From a plasmid, in assembly GCF_056712565.1 (NCBI RefSeq), contig NZ_JBWXXM010000002.1: a DNA stretch of 64,000 bases, one strand, 5' to 3'. The notes under the pieces were generated by a model. That model worked only from the letters and a program-made list of their open reading frames with translations, made no database searches and was not told the DNA's origin. Position 1 is the first letter of the stretch; every line of letters begins with the position of its first letter. Below, piece by piece: positions 30,627-40,331 of this stretch. A program made the position numbers and the translations under genes.

Positions 30627-31667
30627 ATGGTTTCCACACACATCGGCTTCCCGACTGAAACGGTCATTGTTTTCATTGCGCTTTCAGTCGGTGCCATCTT
30701 TATTGACCTGTTTATGCACCGTGATGACAAGCCCATTTCCCTGAAGAGTGCGGCGCTCTGGTCCGTATTCTGGGTTGTGGTTGCGATGGCATTTGCCGGT
30801 TTCCTCTACATCCACCACGGTGCTGAGGTTGCCAGCCTGTTTGTAACGGGTTATGCGCTGGAGAAAGTGCTGTCGGTCGACAACCTGTTTGTCATGATGG
30901 CCATCTTCTCCTGGTTCGCCGTTCCTGATCGTTACCGCCACCGTGTTCTCTACTGGGGGATCATTGGTGCCATCGTCTTCAGGGGCATCTTTGTCGCCAT
31001 CGGTACGAGCCTGCTGAGTCTGGGGCCGTATGTTGAAGTTGTCTTCGCTATCATCGTCGCCTGGACGGCGGTCATGATGCTTAAAAGCGGTGATGACGAT
31101 GATGAAATTGAGGATTATTCCCAGCATCTGGCTTACCGCATGGTTAAACGCTTCTTCCCTATCTGGCCGAAGCTCAGAGGTCATGCTTTCCTGCTTAACC
31201 AGAAGGAAGTGGATGCCGAACTGGCGAAACCAGAAAACAGCGATGTCACCATTGGCCGTGGTAAAAAGGCGGCGCTGTATGCGACCCCTCTGTTCCTGTG
31301 TGTGGCCGTGGTTGAACTCTCGGATGTTATGTTTGCGTTTGACTCGGTACCGGCAATCATTGCCGTCAGTCGTGAACCGCTTATCGTCTATAGTGCCATG
31401 ATGTTTGCTATCCTGGGCCTGCGTACTCTGTACTTTGTCCTTGAAGCACTGAAACAGTACCTGGTTCATCTGGAGAAGGCCGTTATCGTGCTGCTGTTCT
31501 TCATCGCGGCAAAACTGGGCCTGAATGCGACCGATCACATTTGGCATCATGGTTACAGCATCGCGGCGACAACCAGCCTGTATGTTGTACTGGGTGTTTT
31601 GGCGCTGGGCATTCTCGCAAGCGTCATGTTCCCGGGCAAACCTGAATCTGAGGAAAAGGGGAGCTGA
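30627..31667 (+). CDS. terC: tellurium resistance integral membrane protein TerC
   Basis: 346 aa, multiple TM helices. Confidence 0.85.
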   Translation: MVSTHIGFPTETVIVFIALSVGAIFIDLFMHRDDKPISLKSAALWSVFWVVVAMAFAGFLYIHHGAEVASLFVTGYALEKVLSVDNLFVMMAIFSWFAVPDRYRHRVLYWGIIGAIVFRGIFVAIGTSLLSLGPYVEVVFAIIVAWTAVMMLKSGDDDDEIEDYSQHLAYRMVKRFFPIWPKLRGHAFLLNQKEVDAELAKPENSDVTIGRGKKAALYATPLFLCVAVVELSDVMFAFDSVPAIIAVSREPLIVYSAMMFAILGLRTLYFVLEALKQYLVHLEKAVIVLLFFIAAKLGLNATDHIWHHGYSIAATTSLYVVLGVLALGILASVMFPGKPESEEKGS

Positions 31668-31715
31668 TCCCCTGAAGTGTTAACCTGAACAATTACTAAT
31701 CGAAGAGGTTATTTT

Positions 31716-32294
31716 ATGAGTGTTTCTCTTTCCAAAGGCGGGAACGTCTCCCTGAGTAAAGCAGCTCCGTCAATGAAAAACGTCCTGGTGGGCCTTGGCT
31801 GGGATGCGCGTTCAACAGACGGTCAGGACTTTGACCTGGATGCTTCAGCATTCCTGCTGGCCGCAAATGGCAAAGTGCGCGGCGATTCAGATTTCATCTT
31901 CTATAACAACCTGACGTCATCTGACGGTTCCGTAACCCATACCGGTGATAACCGTACCGGTGAAGGTGATGGTGATGATGAATCGCTGAAAATTAAACTG
32001 GACGCCGTCCCGTCTGATGTTGACAAGATCATCTTCGTTGTCACTATCCATGATGCTCAGGCTCGTCGCCAGAGCTTTGGTCAGGTATCCGGTGCGTTTA
32101 TTCGCCTGGTCAATGACGATAACCAGACTGAAGTCGCTCGCTACGATCTGACCGAAGATGCGTCCACTGAGACTGCCATGCTGTTCGGCGAGCTGTATCG
32201 CCACAATGGTGAGTGGAAATTCCGCGCAGTGGGCCAGGGTTATGCTGGTGGTCTGGCATCTGTATGTGCTCAGTACGGCATTAACGCGTCCTGA
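31716..32294 (+). CDS. terD: tellurium resistance protein TerD
   Basis: [13 protein letters not shown]. Confidence 0.9.
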   Translation: MSVSLSKGGNVSLSKAAPSMKNVLVGLGWDARSTDGQDFDLDASAFLLAANGKVRGDSDFIFYNNLTSSDGSVTHTGDNRTGEGDGDDESLKIKLDAVPSDVDKIIFVVTIHDAQARRQSFGQVSGAFIRLVNDDNQTEVARYDLTEDASTETAMLFGELYRHNGEWKFRAVGQGYAGGLASVCAQYGINAS

Positions 32295-32298
32295 TCGA

Positions 32299-32309
32299 AA
32301 AGTAACTTT
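32299..32309 (+). repeat. AAAGTAACTTT motif copy 6 (terD-terE intergenic)
   Basis: exact 11-mer. Confidence 0.6.
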
Positions 32310-32361
32310 TCACCCGGGGCTGTTAATGCAGCCCTCATTCAACTGTTTGCAGGAGCTAAAA

Positions 32362-32937
32362 ATGGCAGTTTCTCTCGTAAAAGGCGGCAACGTATCTCTG
32401 ACCAAAGAAGCACCAACCATGAATATCGCTATGGTTGGCCTCGGCTGGGATGCCCGTGTAACTGACGGTCAGGCTTTTGACCTGGACGCTTCCGTGTTCG
32501 CAGTAGGCGAAGACGGTAAAGTGCTGTCAGATGCGCATTTCATTTTCTTCAATAACAAAACCAGCCCTGATGGCGCGGTAGAGCACCAGGGCGACAACCG
32601 TACCGGTGAAGGCGACGGTGACGATGAGCAGGTCAAAATCGATCTGACCAAAGTCTCAGCAGATATCAAAAAACTGGTGTTTGCCGTTACCATCTATGAT
32701 GCAGAAGCGCGTAAACAAAACTTCGGCATGGTGAGCAACAGCTTCATGCGCGTTTACAACAACGACAACGGCACGGAAATTGCCCGTTTCGATCTGTCTG
32801 AAGATGCCTCAACCGAAACCGCTATGGTCTTCGGTGAACTGTATCGTCATGGCGCTGAGTGGAAGTTTAAAGCTGTCGGTCAGGGCTTTGCCGGTGGCCT
32901 GGCGGCTCTTGCCTCCCAGCACGGCGTTAACATCTAA
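32362..32937 (+). CDS. terE: tellurium resistance protein TerE
   Basis: 191 aa starting [13 protein letters not shown]; [13 protein letters not shown]; ORF track start 32158 is upstream. Confidence 0.85.
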   Translation: MAVSLVKGGNVSLTKEAPTMNIAMVGLGWDARVTDGQAFDLDASVFAVGEDGKVLSDAHFIFFNNKTSPDGAVEHQGDNRTGEGDGDDEQVKIDLTKVSADIKKLVFAVTIYDAEARKQNFGMVSNSFMRVYNNDNGTEIARFDLSEDASTETAMVFGELYRHGAEWKFKAVGQGFAGGLAALASQHGVNI

Positions 32938-32954
32938 AACAACGCTGAATCATA

Positions 32955-32979
32955 CCCCGGCAATGCCGGGGTTTTTTTT
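32955..32979 (+). terminator. rho-independent terminator after terE
   Basis: CCCCGG caat GCCGGGG followed by TTTTTTTT. Confidence 0.7.
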
Positions 32980-33365
32980 GGTTGCGATCCGCTTTCAGGA
33001 GGGAGTAGTAGAAAGGGGACTGGAAATTTCAGAAAGCAGGTCATGTTAATTCAGACCTGAGCCTTTTAAAGGCAGGAAACGGATTTATCTCTGGTTGCTG
33101 GTTAAAGCCGGTATTCCGTGCCTTTTATCAACAGAATGCCCCTCTGATATATGTTACTTTTGCGGTTTATGAAGGAACGGGATCTGGAACATAAGATACC
33201 CGGTCAATCAAAATTCCAGTTCAACAGGTATAGAAACTTCAGCGTGATGAAATATGGTGTCACACCATATATACGCCTCACCAGAAATCCAGCGTCCTGA
33301 ACTAAGCCTGGGGAACATATATAAGCGCTGCGCTTTAAAAATAATCAAAAATCAGGAGAGTTAAT

Positions 33366-34607
33366 GTGAATCTACAATCCGGACAAAACATACCGCTTCA
33401 GCAATCTGCGATCAGGCTGAATCTTCAGTACCCTGCCAAATCCGGCTTTAAAGGCGAACCCGATACCTGCCTCTTCCTGCTTAATGCTCAGGGAAAGGTA
33501 ACCGGCGATTCTGACTTTATCTTTTATAATAATCTGTCTTCTCCTGAAGGGGCAGTAAAGCTCGTTACCGGTTCTCAGCAGTCCAGCATTGAGATAGCAC
33601 TGGATCGTGTTCCGGCGAACGTCAGTAAGATTGCGATCACCGTTGTCATTGATGGTGAAGATACTATCAGTGGGCTCAGTTTATTGAGCATTCAGGCTCC
33701 TGGTATCGCTGATTTTCAGGCTGAGACTCAGGGCCGCAGTGAGAAAGCAATCATCCTGGGTGAAGTATATCGGCACAATGGCGCCTGGAAGCTTCGTGCG
33801 CTCGGGCAGGGTTTCAACGGTGGTCTTGAGCCTCTGGCCATTAGCTTTGGCGTTGATGTCGCACAGCCAGCTCCGCAGCCAGCAAAGCCTGCTCGTATCA
33901 GTCTGGAAAAGAAACTTGAAACCAGATCTCCGCGCCTCGTAAGCCTCGCTAAAAAAGCCTCGGTCAGTCTCACTAAAAATAAACTGGACACCCTTGAGGC
34001 AGCGGTTGCATTTGTACTTGACGCATCCGGCTCAATGAGTGGCCAGTTCAGTAAGGGCAACGTTCAGTCTGTGCTGGACCGCATCGCCGTTCTTGCCGCC
34101 CAGTTCGACGACGACGGTGAAATGGATGTCTGGGGATTTGGAGAGAAGCACAAGAAGTATCCAAACGTCACACTGGACAACCTGGACACATATATTCAGT
34201 CCATTCGCGGGTCTGGAAAGCGTTCAGCCTGGGAGAACCTGCCGGGACTTGGTGGGACAAACAATGAGCCCCCTGTGATGGAAGAAATTGTCGACTACTT
34301 TAAGGACTCGAAAATCCCGGTATATGTTGTATTTATTACCGATGGCGGGATCAGCAAGACCCGGGCGATTAAAGATGCAATCCGGCGTTCTGCCAACTAC
34401 CCCATCTTCTGGAAGTTTGTCGGCCTGGGTGGTTCAAGCTACGGTATCCTCAAAAATCTGGATGACTTTACTGACCGCCGGGTTGATAACACCCACTTCT
34501 TTGCCATGGATGATTTCGGTTCGATCAGCGATGAAAAGTTATATGATAATTTACTGGAAGAATTCAGACCGTGGATCGATGAAACAAAAAGGTTAGGCAT
34601 CCTGTAA
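33366..34607 (+). CDS. terF: tellurium resistance protein TerF (TerD domain plus vWA-like C-terminus)
   Basis: GTG start with AGGAGAG RBS; 413 aa; C-terminal FVLDASGSM. Confidence 0.8.
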
Positions 34608-34635
34608 TACGCACAGTTTTCGCATGGTTAAAGGA

Positions 34636-34663
34636 GCTCTACAGCAGCTTAATACTGTAGAGC
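34636..34663 (+). terminator. hairpin downstream of terF
   Basis: GCTCTACAG cagcttaata CTGTAGAGC; weak T-tract. Confidence 0.35.
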
Positions 34664-34935
34664 CTTTGTTCACTGGAAATCGTACAGGGAGGAGCATATG
34701 GACCGCATCAAGTACCTGAAATGGATAGCTGAAGAATCACCAACTGATGATGAAATCGACAACTACGATAGTATCATTAGTCGGGGCGCAGAAAGGGCCG
34801 AGAAGGTTCAGTTGTCTTTAAGACGTTAATATACGGGAGTTTAAATGTTCGTAAGCGTAAACTGACCGCCGTATGTAGCCATCAGACGAGAATTGGTAAC
34901 TTAGACGCCCATCTGATATAGACGGACATCTAAGT

Positions 34936-35361
34936 ATGGAATTACAGGACTGGCGAAAAGAACCTCGTAAAAACTATTCGAATGAATTCAAACTTCGTAT
35001 GGTGGAACTGGCATCACAACCTGGAGCTTGTGTTGCACAGATTGCACGTGAAAATGGCGTCAATGATAATGTTATTTTCAAATGGCTCAGGCTCTGGCAG
35101 AACGAAGGGCGTGTTTCGCGGCGTCTTCCGGTAACGACCTCTTCTGACACTGGCGTTGAATTATTACCTGTAGAAATAACGCCGGATGAGCAGAAAGAAC
35201 CTGTGGCGGCCATTGCGCCGTCTTTATCCACTTCCACTCAGACCAGAGTCAGTGCCAGTTCCTGCAAGGTGGAATTCCGTCACGGTAACATGACGCTGGA
35301 AAATCCATCGCCAGAGCTGCTCACGGTGTTGATCCGTGAACTGACCGGGAGGGGAAGATGA
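34936..35361 (+). CDS. IS66-family accessory protein TnpA (orfA)
   Basis: 141 aa, HTH-like, first ORF of IS66 triad. Confidence 0.8.
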   Translation: MELQDWRKEPRKNYSNEFKLRMVELASQPGACVAQIARENGVNDNVIFKWLRLWQNEGRVSRRLPVTTSSDTGVELLPVEITPDEQKEPVAAIAPSLSTSTQTRVSASSCKVEFRHGNMTLENPSPELLTVLIRELTGRGR

Positions 35362-35708
35362 TCTCACTCCCATCAGGTACCCGTATCTGGCTCGTTGCCG
35401 GCGTTACCGATATGCGTAAATCCTTCAACGGACTGGGAGAACAGGTACAACATGTGCTGAATGATAATCCCTTCTCCGGTCACCTGTTTATCTTCCGTGG
35501 CCGACGGGGTGACACCGTCAAAATTCTTTGGGCTGATGCTGATGGTCTGTGCCTGTTCACCAAACGCCTGGAGGAAGGCCAGTTTATCTGGCCTGCGGTA
35601 CGTGACGGCAAGGTATCCATTACCCGTTCGCAACTGGCAATGCTCCTCGATAAGCTGGACTGGCGTCAGCCAAAAACATCCAGCCGTAACTCACTGACAA
35701 TGTTGTAA
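35358..35708 (+). CDS. IS66-family accessory protein TnpB (orfB)
   Basis: 116 aa, ATGA overlap with orfA. Confidence 0.8.
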   Translation: MISLPSGTRIWLVAGVTDMRKSFNGLGEQVQHVLNDNPFSGHLFIFRGRRGDTVKILWADADGLCLFTKRLEEGQFIWPAVRDGKVSITRSQLAMLLDKLDWRQPKTSSRNSLTML

Positions 35709-35738
35709 AAAACTCCTGACCGCATTATAAAAACGGTC

Positions 35739-37352
35739 ATGAGTCAGAAATACCTCATTCGCATCGCAGAGCTGGAAAGGTTGCTCTCTGAGCAGGCTGA
35801 AGCCCTCCGTCAGAAAGACCAGCAACTGAGTCTGGTTGAAGAGACGGAAGCCTTCCTGCGCTCTGCACTGACACGTGCCGAAGAAAAGATCGAAGAAGAT
35901 GAACGGGAAATAGAACATCTGCGGGCTCAGATAGAAAAACTGCGCCGGATGCTGTTCGGTACCCGTTCTGAAAAACTGCGTCGTGAAGTTGAACTGGCTG
36001 AGGCTCTGCTGAAACAACGTGAACAGGACAGCGATCGTTACAGTGGGCGGGAAGACGATCCTCAGGTTCCCCGCCAGTTGCGACAGTCGCGCCATCGTCG
36101 TCCGTTACCGGCACACCTTCCCCGTGAAATACACCGCCTGGAGCCAGAAGAAAGCTGTTGCCCGGAGTGTGGCGGTGAGCTGGATTATCTGGGGGAAGTC
36201 AGCGCTGAACAGCTGGAACTGGTGAGCAGTGCCCTGAAAGTGATCCGCACAGAACGGGTAAAAAAAGCCTGTACAAAATGTGACTGTATTGTTGAAGCAC
36301 CGGCGCCGTCCCGCCCGATAGAGCGTGGTATCGCGGGCCCCGGATTACTTGCCCGCGTGTTAACGGGAAAATACTGCGAACATCTGCCACTGTATCGTCA
36401 GAGTGAAATCTTTGCCCGCCAGGGTGTCGAACTGAGCCGGGCCTTACTCTCCAACTGGGTTGACGCGTGCTGCCAGTTAATGACACCGGTGAATGATGCC
36501 CTGTACCGTTATGTAATGAACACCCGCAAGGTTCACACTGATGACACACCGGTAAAGGTACTGGCACCGGGTCAGAAAAAGGCGAAAACAGGGCGTATCT
36601 GGACGTATGTCCGGGATGATCGCAATGTGGGTTCGTCATCTCCTCCAGCGGTCTGGTTCGCGTACTCGCCGAACCGGCAGGGGAAACACCCGGAGCAACA
36701 CCTCCGCCCCTTCCGGGGTATCCTGCAGGCGGATGCGTTCACAGGTTACGACAGGTTGTTCAGTGCAGAACGTGAAGGTGGTGCACTGACAGAAGTTGCG
36801 TGCTGGGCCCATGCCCGGCGAAAAATCCACGATGTATACATCAGCAGCAAAAGTGCGACGGCAGAAGAAGCCCTGAAGCGAATCAGTGAACTGTACGCCA
36901 TCGAGGATGAAATACGGGGATTACCGGAGTCAGAGCGTCTTGCCGTCAGGCAGCAGCGAAGCAAAGTGTTACTGACGTCGCTGCATGAATGGATGGTGGA
37001 GAAGAATGGTACGCTGTCGAAAAAATCCAGACTGGGCGAAGCGTTCAGCTATGTACTGAATCAGTGGGATGCCCTCTGTTATTACAGTGATGACGGTCTG
37101 GCGGAGGCGGATAATAATGCTGCGGAAAGAGCGCTTCGTGCAGTCTGTCTCGGAAAGAAAAACTTTATGTTCTTTGGCAGCGATCACGGCGGCGAGCGTG
37201 GAGCACTGTTGTACGGGCTGATCGGCACCTGCCGTCTGAACGGTATCGATCCGGAAGCGTATCTGCGCCATATCCTGAGCGTACTGCCGGAATGGCCTTC
37301 CAACCGAGTTGATGAACTCCTGCCATGGAACGTAGTACTCACCAATAAATAA
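35739..37352 (+). CDS. IS66-family transposase (orfC)
   Basis: 537 aa, CPECGGEL zinc-finger region. Confidence 0.85.
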   Translation: MSQKYLIRIAELERLLSEQAEALRQKDQQLSLVEETEAFLRSALTRAEEKIEEDEREIEHLRAQIEKLRRMLFGTRSEKLRREVELAEALLKQREQDSDRYSGREDDPQVPRQLRQSRHRRPLPAHLPREIHRLEPEESCCPECGGELDYLGEVSAEQLELVSSALKVIRTERVKKACTKCDCIVEAPAPSRPIERGIAGPGLLARVLTGKYCEHLPLYRQSEIFARQGVELSRALLSNWVDACCQLMTPVNDALYRYVMNTRKVHTDDTPVKVLAPGQKKAKTGRIWTYVRDDRNVGSSSPPAVWFAYSPNRQGKHPEQHLRPFRGILQADAFTGYDRLFSAEREGGALTEVACWAHARRKIHDVYISSKSATAEEALKRISELYAIEDEIRGLPESERLAVRQQRSKVLLTSLHEWMVEKNGTLSKKSRLGEAFSYVLNQWDALCYYSDDGLAEADNNAAERALRAVCLGKKNFMFFGSDHGGERGALLYGLIGTCRLNGIDPEAYLRHILSVLPEWPSNRVDELLPWNVVLTNK

Positions 37353-37709
37353 GCGTCAATACGGTGCTCCGTTGACGCTTACAAATGTTCGCAGAAATCA
37401 AAGATAATTATTCGTTAGGTGGATAAAGAAAGGTTGCCATTACCAGCTTTCGACGAGTCGAAAATAAAAACCTTATTTATAGTGACAGGGAGTATGAGCT
37501 GACGCTTGCCAATGGAACAATAATTAAAAATGTACTTAGAAAAGAAGAGTGGGAACTGTTAGAAAGCAATTCAATTAAGGTTATATTATAACGAAAATAT
37601 ATTTACAGTTTTGGATAGGTTTCAAACGAGTCCGGACATTTGTACCTGAAGTATCTGACATTACAGTTAAGTGACGATTATGCCAGCACGTCTGTTGCTG
37701 GCAGCTTAG

Positions 37710-37991
37710 CTATCGGTCTAAAAGCTGATCCATTAATAATTCTTCGTAAAGCCCAGAGGTATCGGGCTTTATTACAATATCCGTTATTTCGAAGCGTTCA
37801 AGTACAAATTGCAGATATTCCGGAGTAACGTAGTAGGGATCAGGTTCAGCCAGATTAGTATAGAGTGGGTCTTCTGCTGCATTAATGTCATAATCAATGC
37901 ACATATGAAACCACTGCAAAGGTGGATCCCAGCCTAACATCACCTGAACAATTCCCTGATTGCTTTTCACCTCATACCAGTGCTGGCTCAT
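37710..37991 (-). CDS. hypothetical protein (93 aa)
   Basis: ORF track only. Confidence 0.35.
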   Translation of the reverse strand: MSQHWYEVKSNQGIVQVMLGWDPPLQWFHMCIDYDINAAEDPLYTNLAEPDPYYVTPEYLQFVLERFEITDIVIKPDTSGLYEELLMDQLLDR

Positions 37992-38040
37992 ACTTAGTCC
38001 TTAAGAAAATTTGTCATCGGAAAATAACACGAAGCCTGCA

Positions 38041-38232
38041 TCATCGAGGCGCATAACCTTCTTCCCTTAACGCCTGTTGTAATTTATCAACTGCGCTTTT
38101 CATTACCCAGGCTTCTTCGTCACTCACAGCACAACCACGTAGATCGCTCCAGCTCAGACGTTTAACAAATTGAGCAAGGGCCATAGTTTCGTTCTCATCA
38201 AGCCGCAAACTCAGTGTCTCAATACCTTCCAC
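38041..38232 (-). CDS. hypothetical small protein (63 aa)
   Basis: ORF track only. Confidence 0.3.
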   Translation of the reverse strand: MEGIETLSLRLDENETMALAQFVKRLSWSDLRGCAVSDEEAWVMKSAVDKLQQALREEGYAPR

Positions 38233-38323
38233 AATCTAACCTCCCTTATAATGAAAAATGGCGCTTTACTTCTGACCAGATGCCGAAGCCTTGAATGCAG
38301 CCGGAACTGTCGTTGTTTCTACT

Positions 38324-38695
38324 TTACAGAAATGGAATTAAAAAGTGGTGATGCTGGGCACGTTTCTTTTCCAGCCGGGGTTTAAGCCAGAGCTGAAACT
38401 CATTCAACTTCTCAGCAGCCAAAACCGCTTCAACGGGGAAAACTTTATATTTACCCTGTTGCTGAGGTTCACCCAGCCATCGCCTGATGGCTCCGTCAGT
38501 CCATAAACGAGTCTCTTTTAGCCTAGTTACAGTGACCCATTTTCTGGACCATTCATCAAATTGTCGCTGGCGATCCCGATAACGTTGTTCTTCCTGCTGC
38601 CGAAGCCACTCGCGATCAACAGCAAATTTTCGGTATCCAACAAAGAGCCCTTGTACTTTGGCCATGTCATATTCCGGTTGCTTAGAGTTACTCAT
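38324..38695 (-). CDS. hypothetical protein (123 aa), basic, coiled-coil-like
   Basis: ORF track only. Confidence 0.35.
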   Translation of the reverse strand: MSNSKQPEYDMAKVQGLFVGYRKFAVDREWLRQQEEQRYRDRQRQFDEWSRKWVTVTRLKETRLWTDGAIRRWLGEPQQQGKYKVFPVEAVLAAEKLNEFQLWLKPRLEKKRAQHHHFLIPFL

Positions 38696-39036
38696 TCAAC
38701 CAAAACCTAAACGTCGATACAAACTCTGTTTCATAACCAGGGTTTTATCCTTACCGCGACAGTAAGTAACAGGGGCTGCATAAACCGGTCATTTAGTCCG
38801 TTATGCAAAAATTATTGAGGATCCGGGCTGTTAAACTGTTCTTCCTCTTTCGCTTCCGGTGAAAAGGGGAGGTGTCACCCTGCGAGCCCGTGTAGTGAAA
38901 GGGATTCGTCGTAATACAGGCCAAAGGCTAACATGACCGCAAAGGACGCCCGGGCGACCGGATACCTGCCGGGTTGTGCGATGTAAAATCCGGAAGCAGT
39001 GATAACACAAACAGGCCCCTACAGCGTAAGGATTGT

Positions 39037-39397
39037 GATGGACGATAAAGAGCAGTTTACGAATCTTGTGGCAAAGCATGCCTCCGGACTCACCGAAGAG
39101 CAGCTGGCCGGGTACGATGCCTGTTCCCTGGATGGTGAATGCGTCACGCCTTCATACGAGGTTTTCCGGGGGTATCGTACCCGCCACACACTGGATGAAT
39201 TTCTGGAGATGGCCATATCGCTGAATGCCATCCACCCGGATGAATATTTAACGGATATGCTGCTGAAGCCTCATGAGGTGATCGGCGCTCTGGCCGATGA
39301 AGGCGACCAGCTGAACAACGCCACCCCGGTTTATTTCTTTCCGGATACCGGCGTCTATGCAGCGGCCGTTAGTGAAACCCGGGTGCTCGATGCCTAG
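39037..39397 (+). CDS. hypothetical protein (119 aa)
   Basis: ATG 39037 preceded by AGGA; ORF track start 38999. Confidence 0.35.
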
Positions 39398-39904
39398 CTT
39401 TGCTGGCCATGCTACCCGGCGAACTGGTAACGCGGCCGTTGGAATTGCACCGGCCGGATACGAATTTAACCGATCCCGTGGCGGGAAGGCTATCAGAGTT
39501 GCATGTCCTCATCCCTCAAGCCCCCTGCCAGGCCCCAACGTGCTGTCAGGCTTCGCCTGATTCCCGATCTGCGCCGATACTTCAGCCGATAACTTTTTGT
39601 TTTCTTTTTATTTTCTTCCCATTTCCTCAAAAATCGCGGGCGGCGTGGACAGGGCACCATTGCCGCATGTGGGGTCTTAATAAGGGCAGGGTGGTCAGTT
39701 TTGCTCGATGCCATGGGTAGGCCCTCCCCTTCATGGGATGAGGACATGCAAGTAAGCTAACTATCTGAAATGACGAAGGTTCATTTGGTGAATGTCGCTT
39801 CATATTAATGTTGTGTCACTTATGATCGTATGTAGCTGGTTGCAAAGAGGAGCGATGAGACAATAAAGTTGTATCGCTAACAAGATTTATGCTGCCACAT
39901 AGTA

Positions 39905-40004
39905 ACAGCCTAAAAGTTGTACGCCCTATTTAACAGCTTTTAGGCTGTTAATTTGATATTACAGCTTTTAGGGTGTATGTTTAGGAAACAGCCTGCAAGG
40001 TGTA
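39905..40004 (+). promoter_or_regulatory. four tandem palindromic operator repeats upstream of hipB
   Basis: ACAGCCTAAAAGTTGTA, ACAGCTTTTAGGCTGTT, ACAGCTTTTAGGGTGTA, ACAGCCTGCAAGGTGTA at 39905, 39933, 39961, 39988 (27-28 bp spacing). Confidence 0.55.
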
Positions 40005-40030
40005 TCAGAGGAAACTACTGAGGCCAGCTT

Positions 40031-40327
40031 ATGATCAATAATGATTACCCGTTAAACACGCTCAACCAGCTGCGTCCCTTGCTCATTGGTTTTCGCAAGG
40101 CGAATGGCCTGACGCAAAAAGACCTGTCCGAAAGGTTAGGCGTCACTCAACAGACATACTCACGTCTGGAAGCCAACCCTGCCAGTGCGAGCATTGAACG
40201 GCTATTCAAGGTGTTTTCCATCCTGGGCGTAAAAATCAGCTTCTCCTCGGCAACCACCTCTTCAGAGAGGAAGCAGACGGAAGAAATGCTTAAATCAAAC
40301 TCACCTGCACGACAGGAGGATTGGTAA
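40031..40327 (+). CDS. hipB: HipB-like XRE-family HTH antitoxin
   Basis: HTH segment NGLTQKDLSERLGVTQQTYSRLE; 4 nt upstream of hipA. Confidence 0.75.
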   Translation: MINNDYPLNTLNQLRPLLIGFRKANGLTQKDLSERLGVTQQTYSRLEANPASASIERLFKVFSILGVKISFSSATTSSERKQTEEMLKSNSPARQEDW

Positions 40328-40331
40328 CGAT

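Larger units (their letters stand above)
34851..37383 (+). mobile_element. IS66-family insertion sequence (2533 bp) with 8-bp AAATGTTC target duplication
   Basis: ends GTAAGCGTAAAC... and ...GTTGACGCTTAC; AAATGTTC at 34843..34850 and 37384..37391; three-gene IS66 layout. Confidence 0.85.

Noticed and set aside
30684-31550. Long antisense ORFs opposite terC, the IS5 and IS66 transposases and other genes (e.g. 30684..31550, 14136..14504, 35755..36114, 12218..12616)
   Set aside because: They overlap well-supported genes on the other strand, lack RBS and have biased low-complexity composition; judged spurious.
39400-39760. Possible structured ncRNA in the GC-rich spacer upstream of hipB
   Set aside because: Only short imperfect stems; no terminator or conserved motif I can recognise; insufficient evidence.
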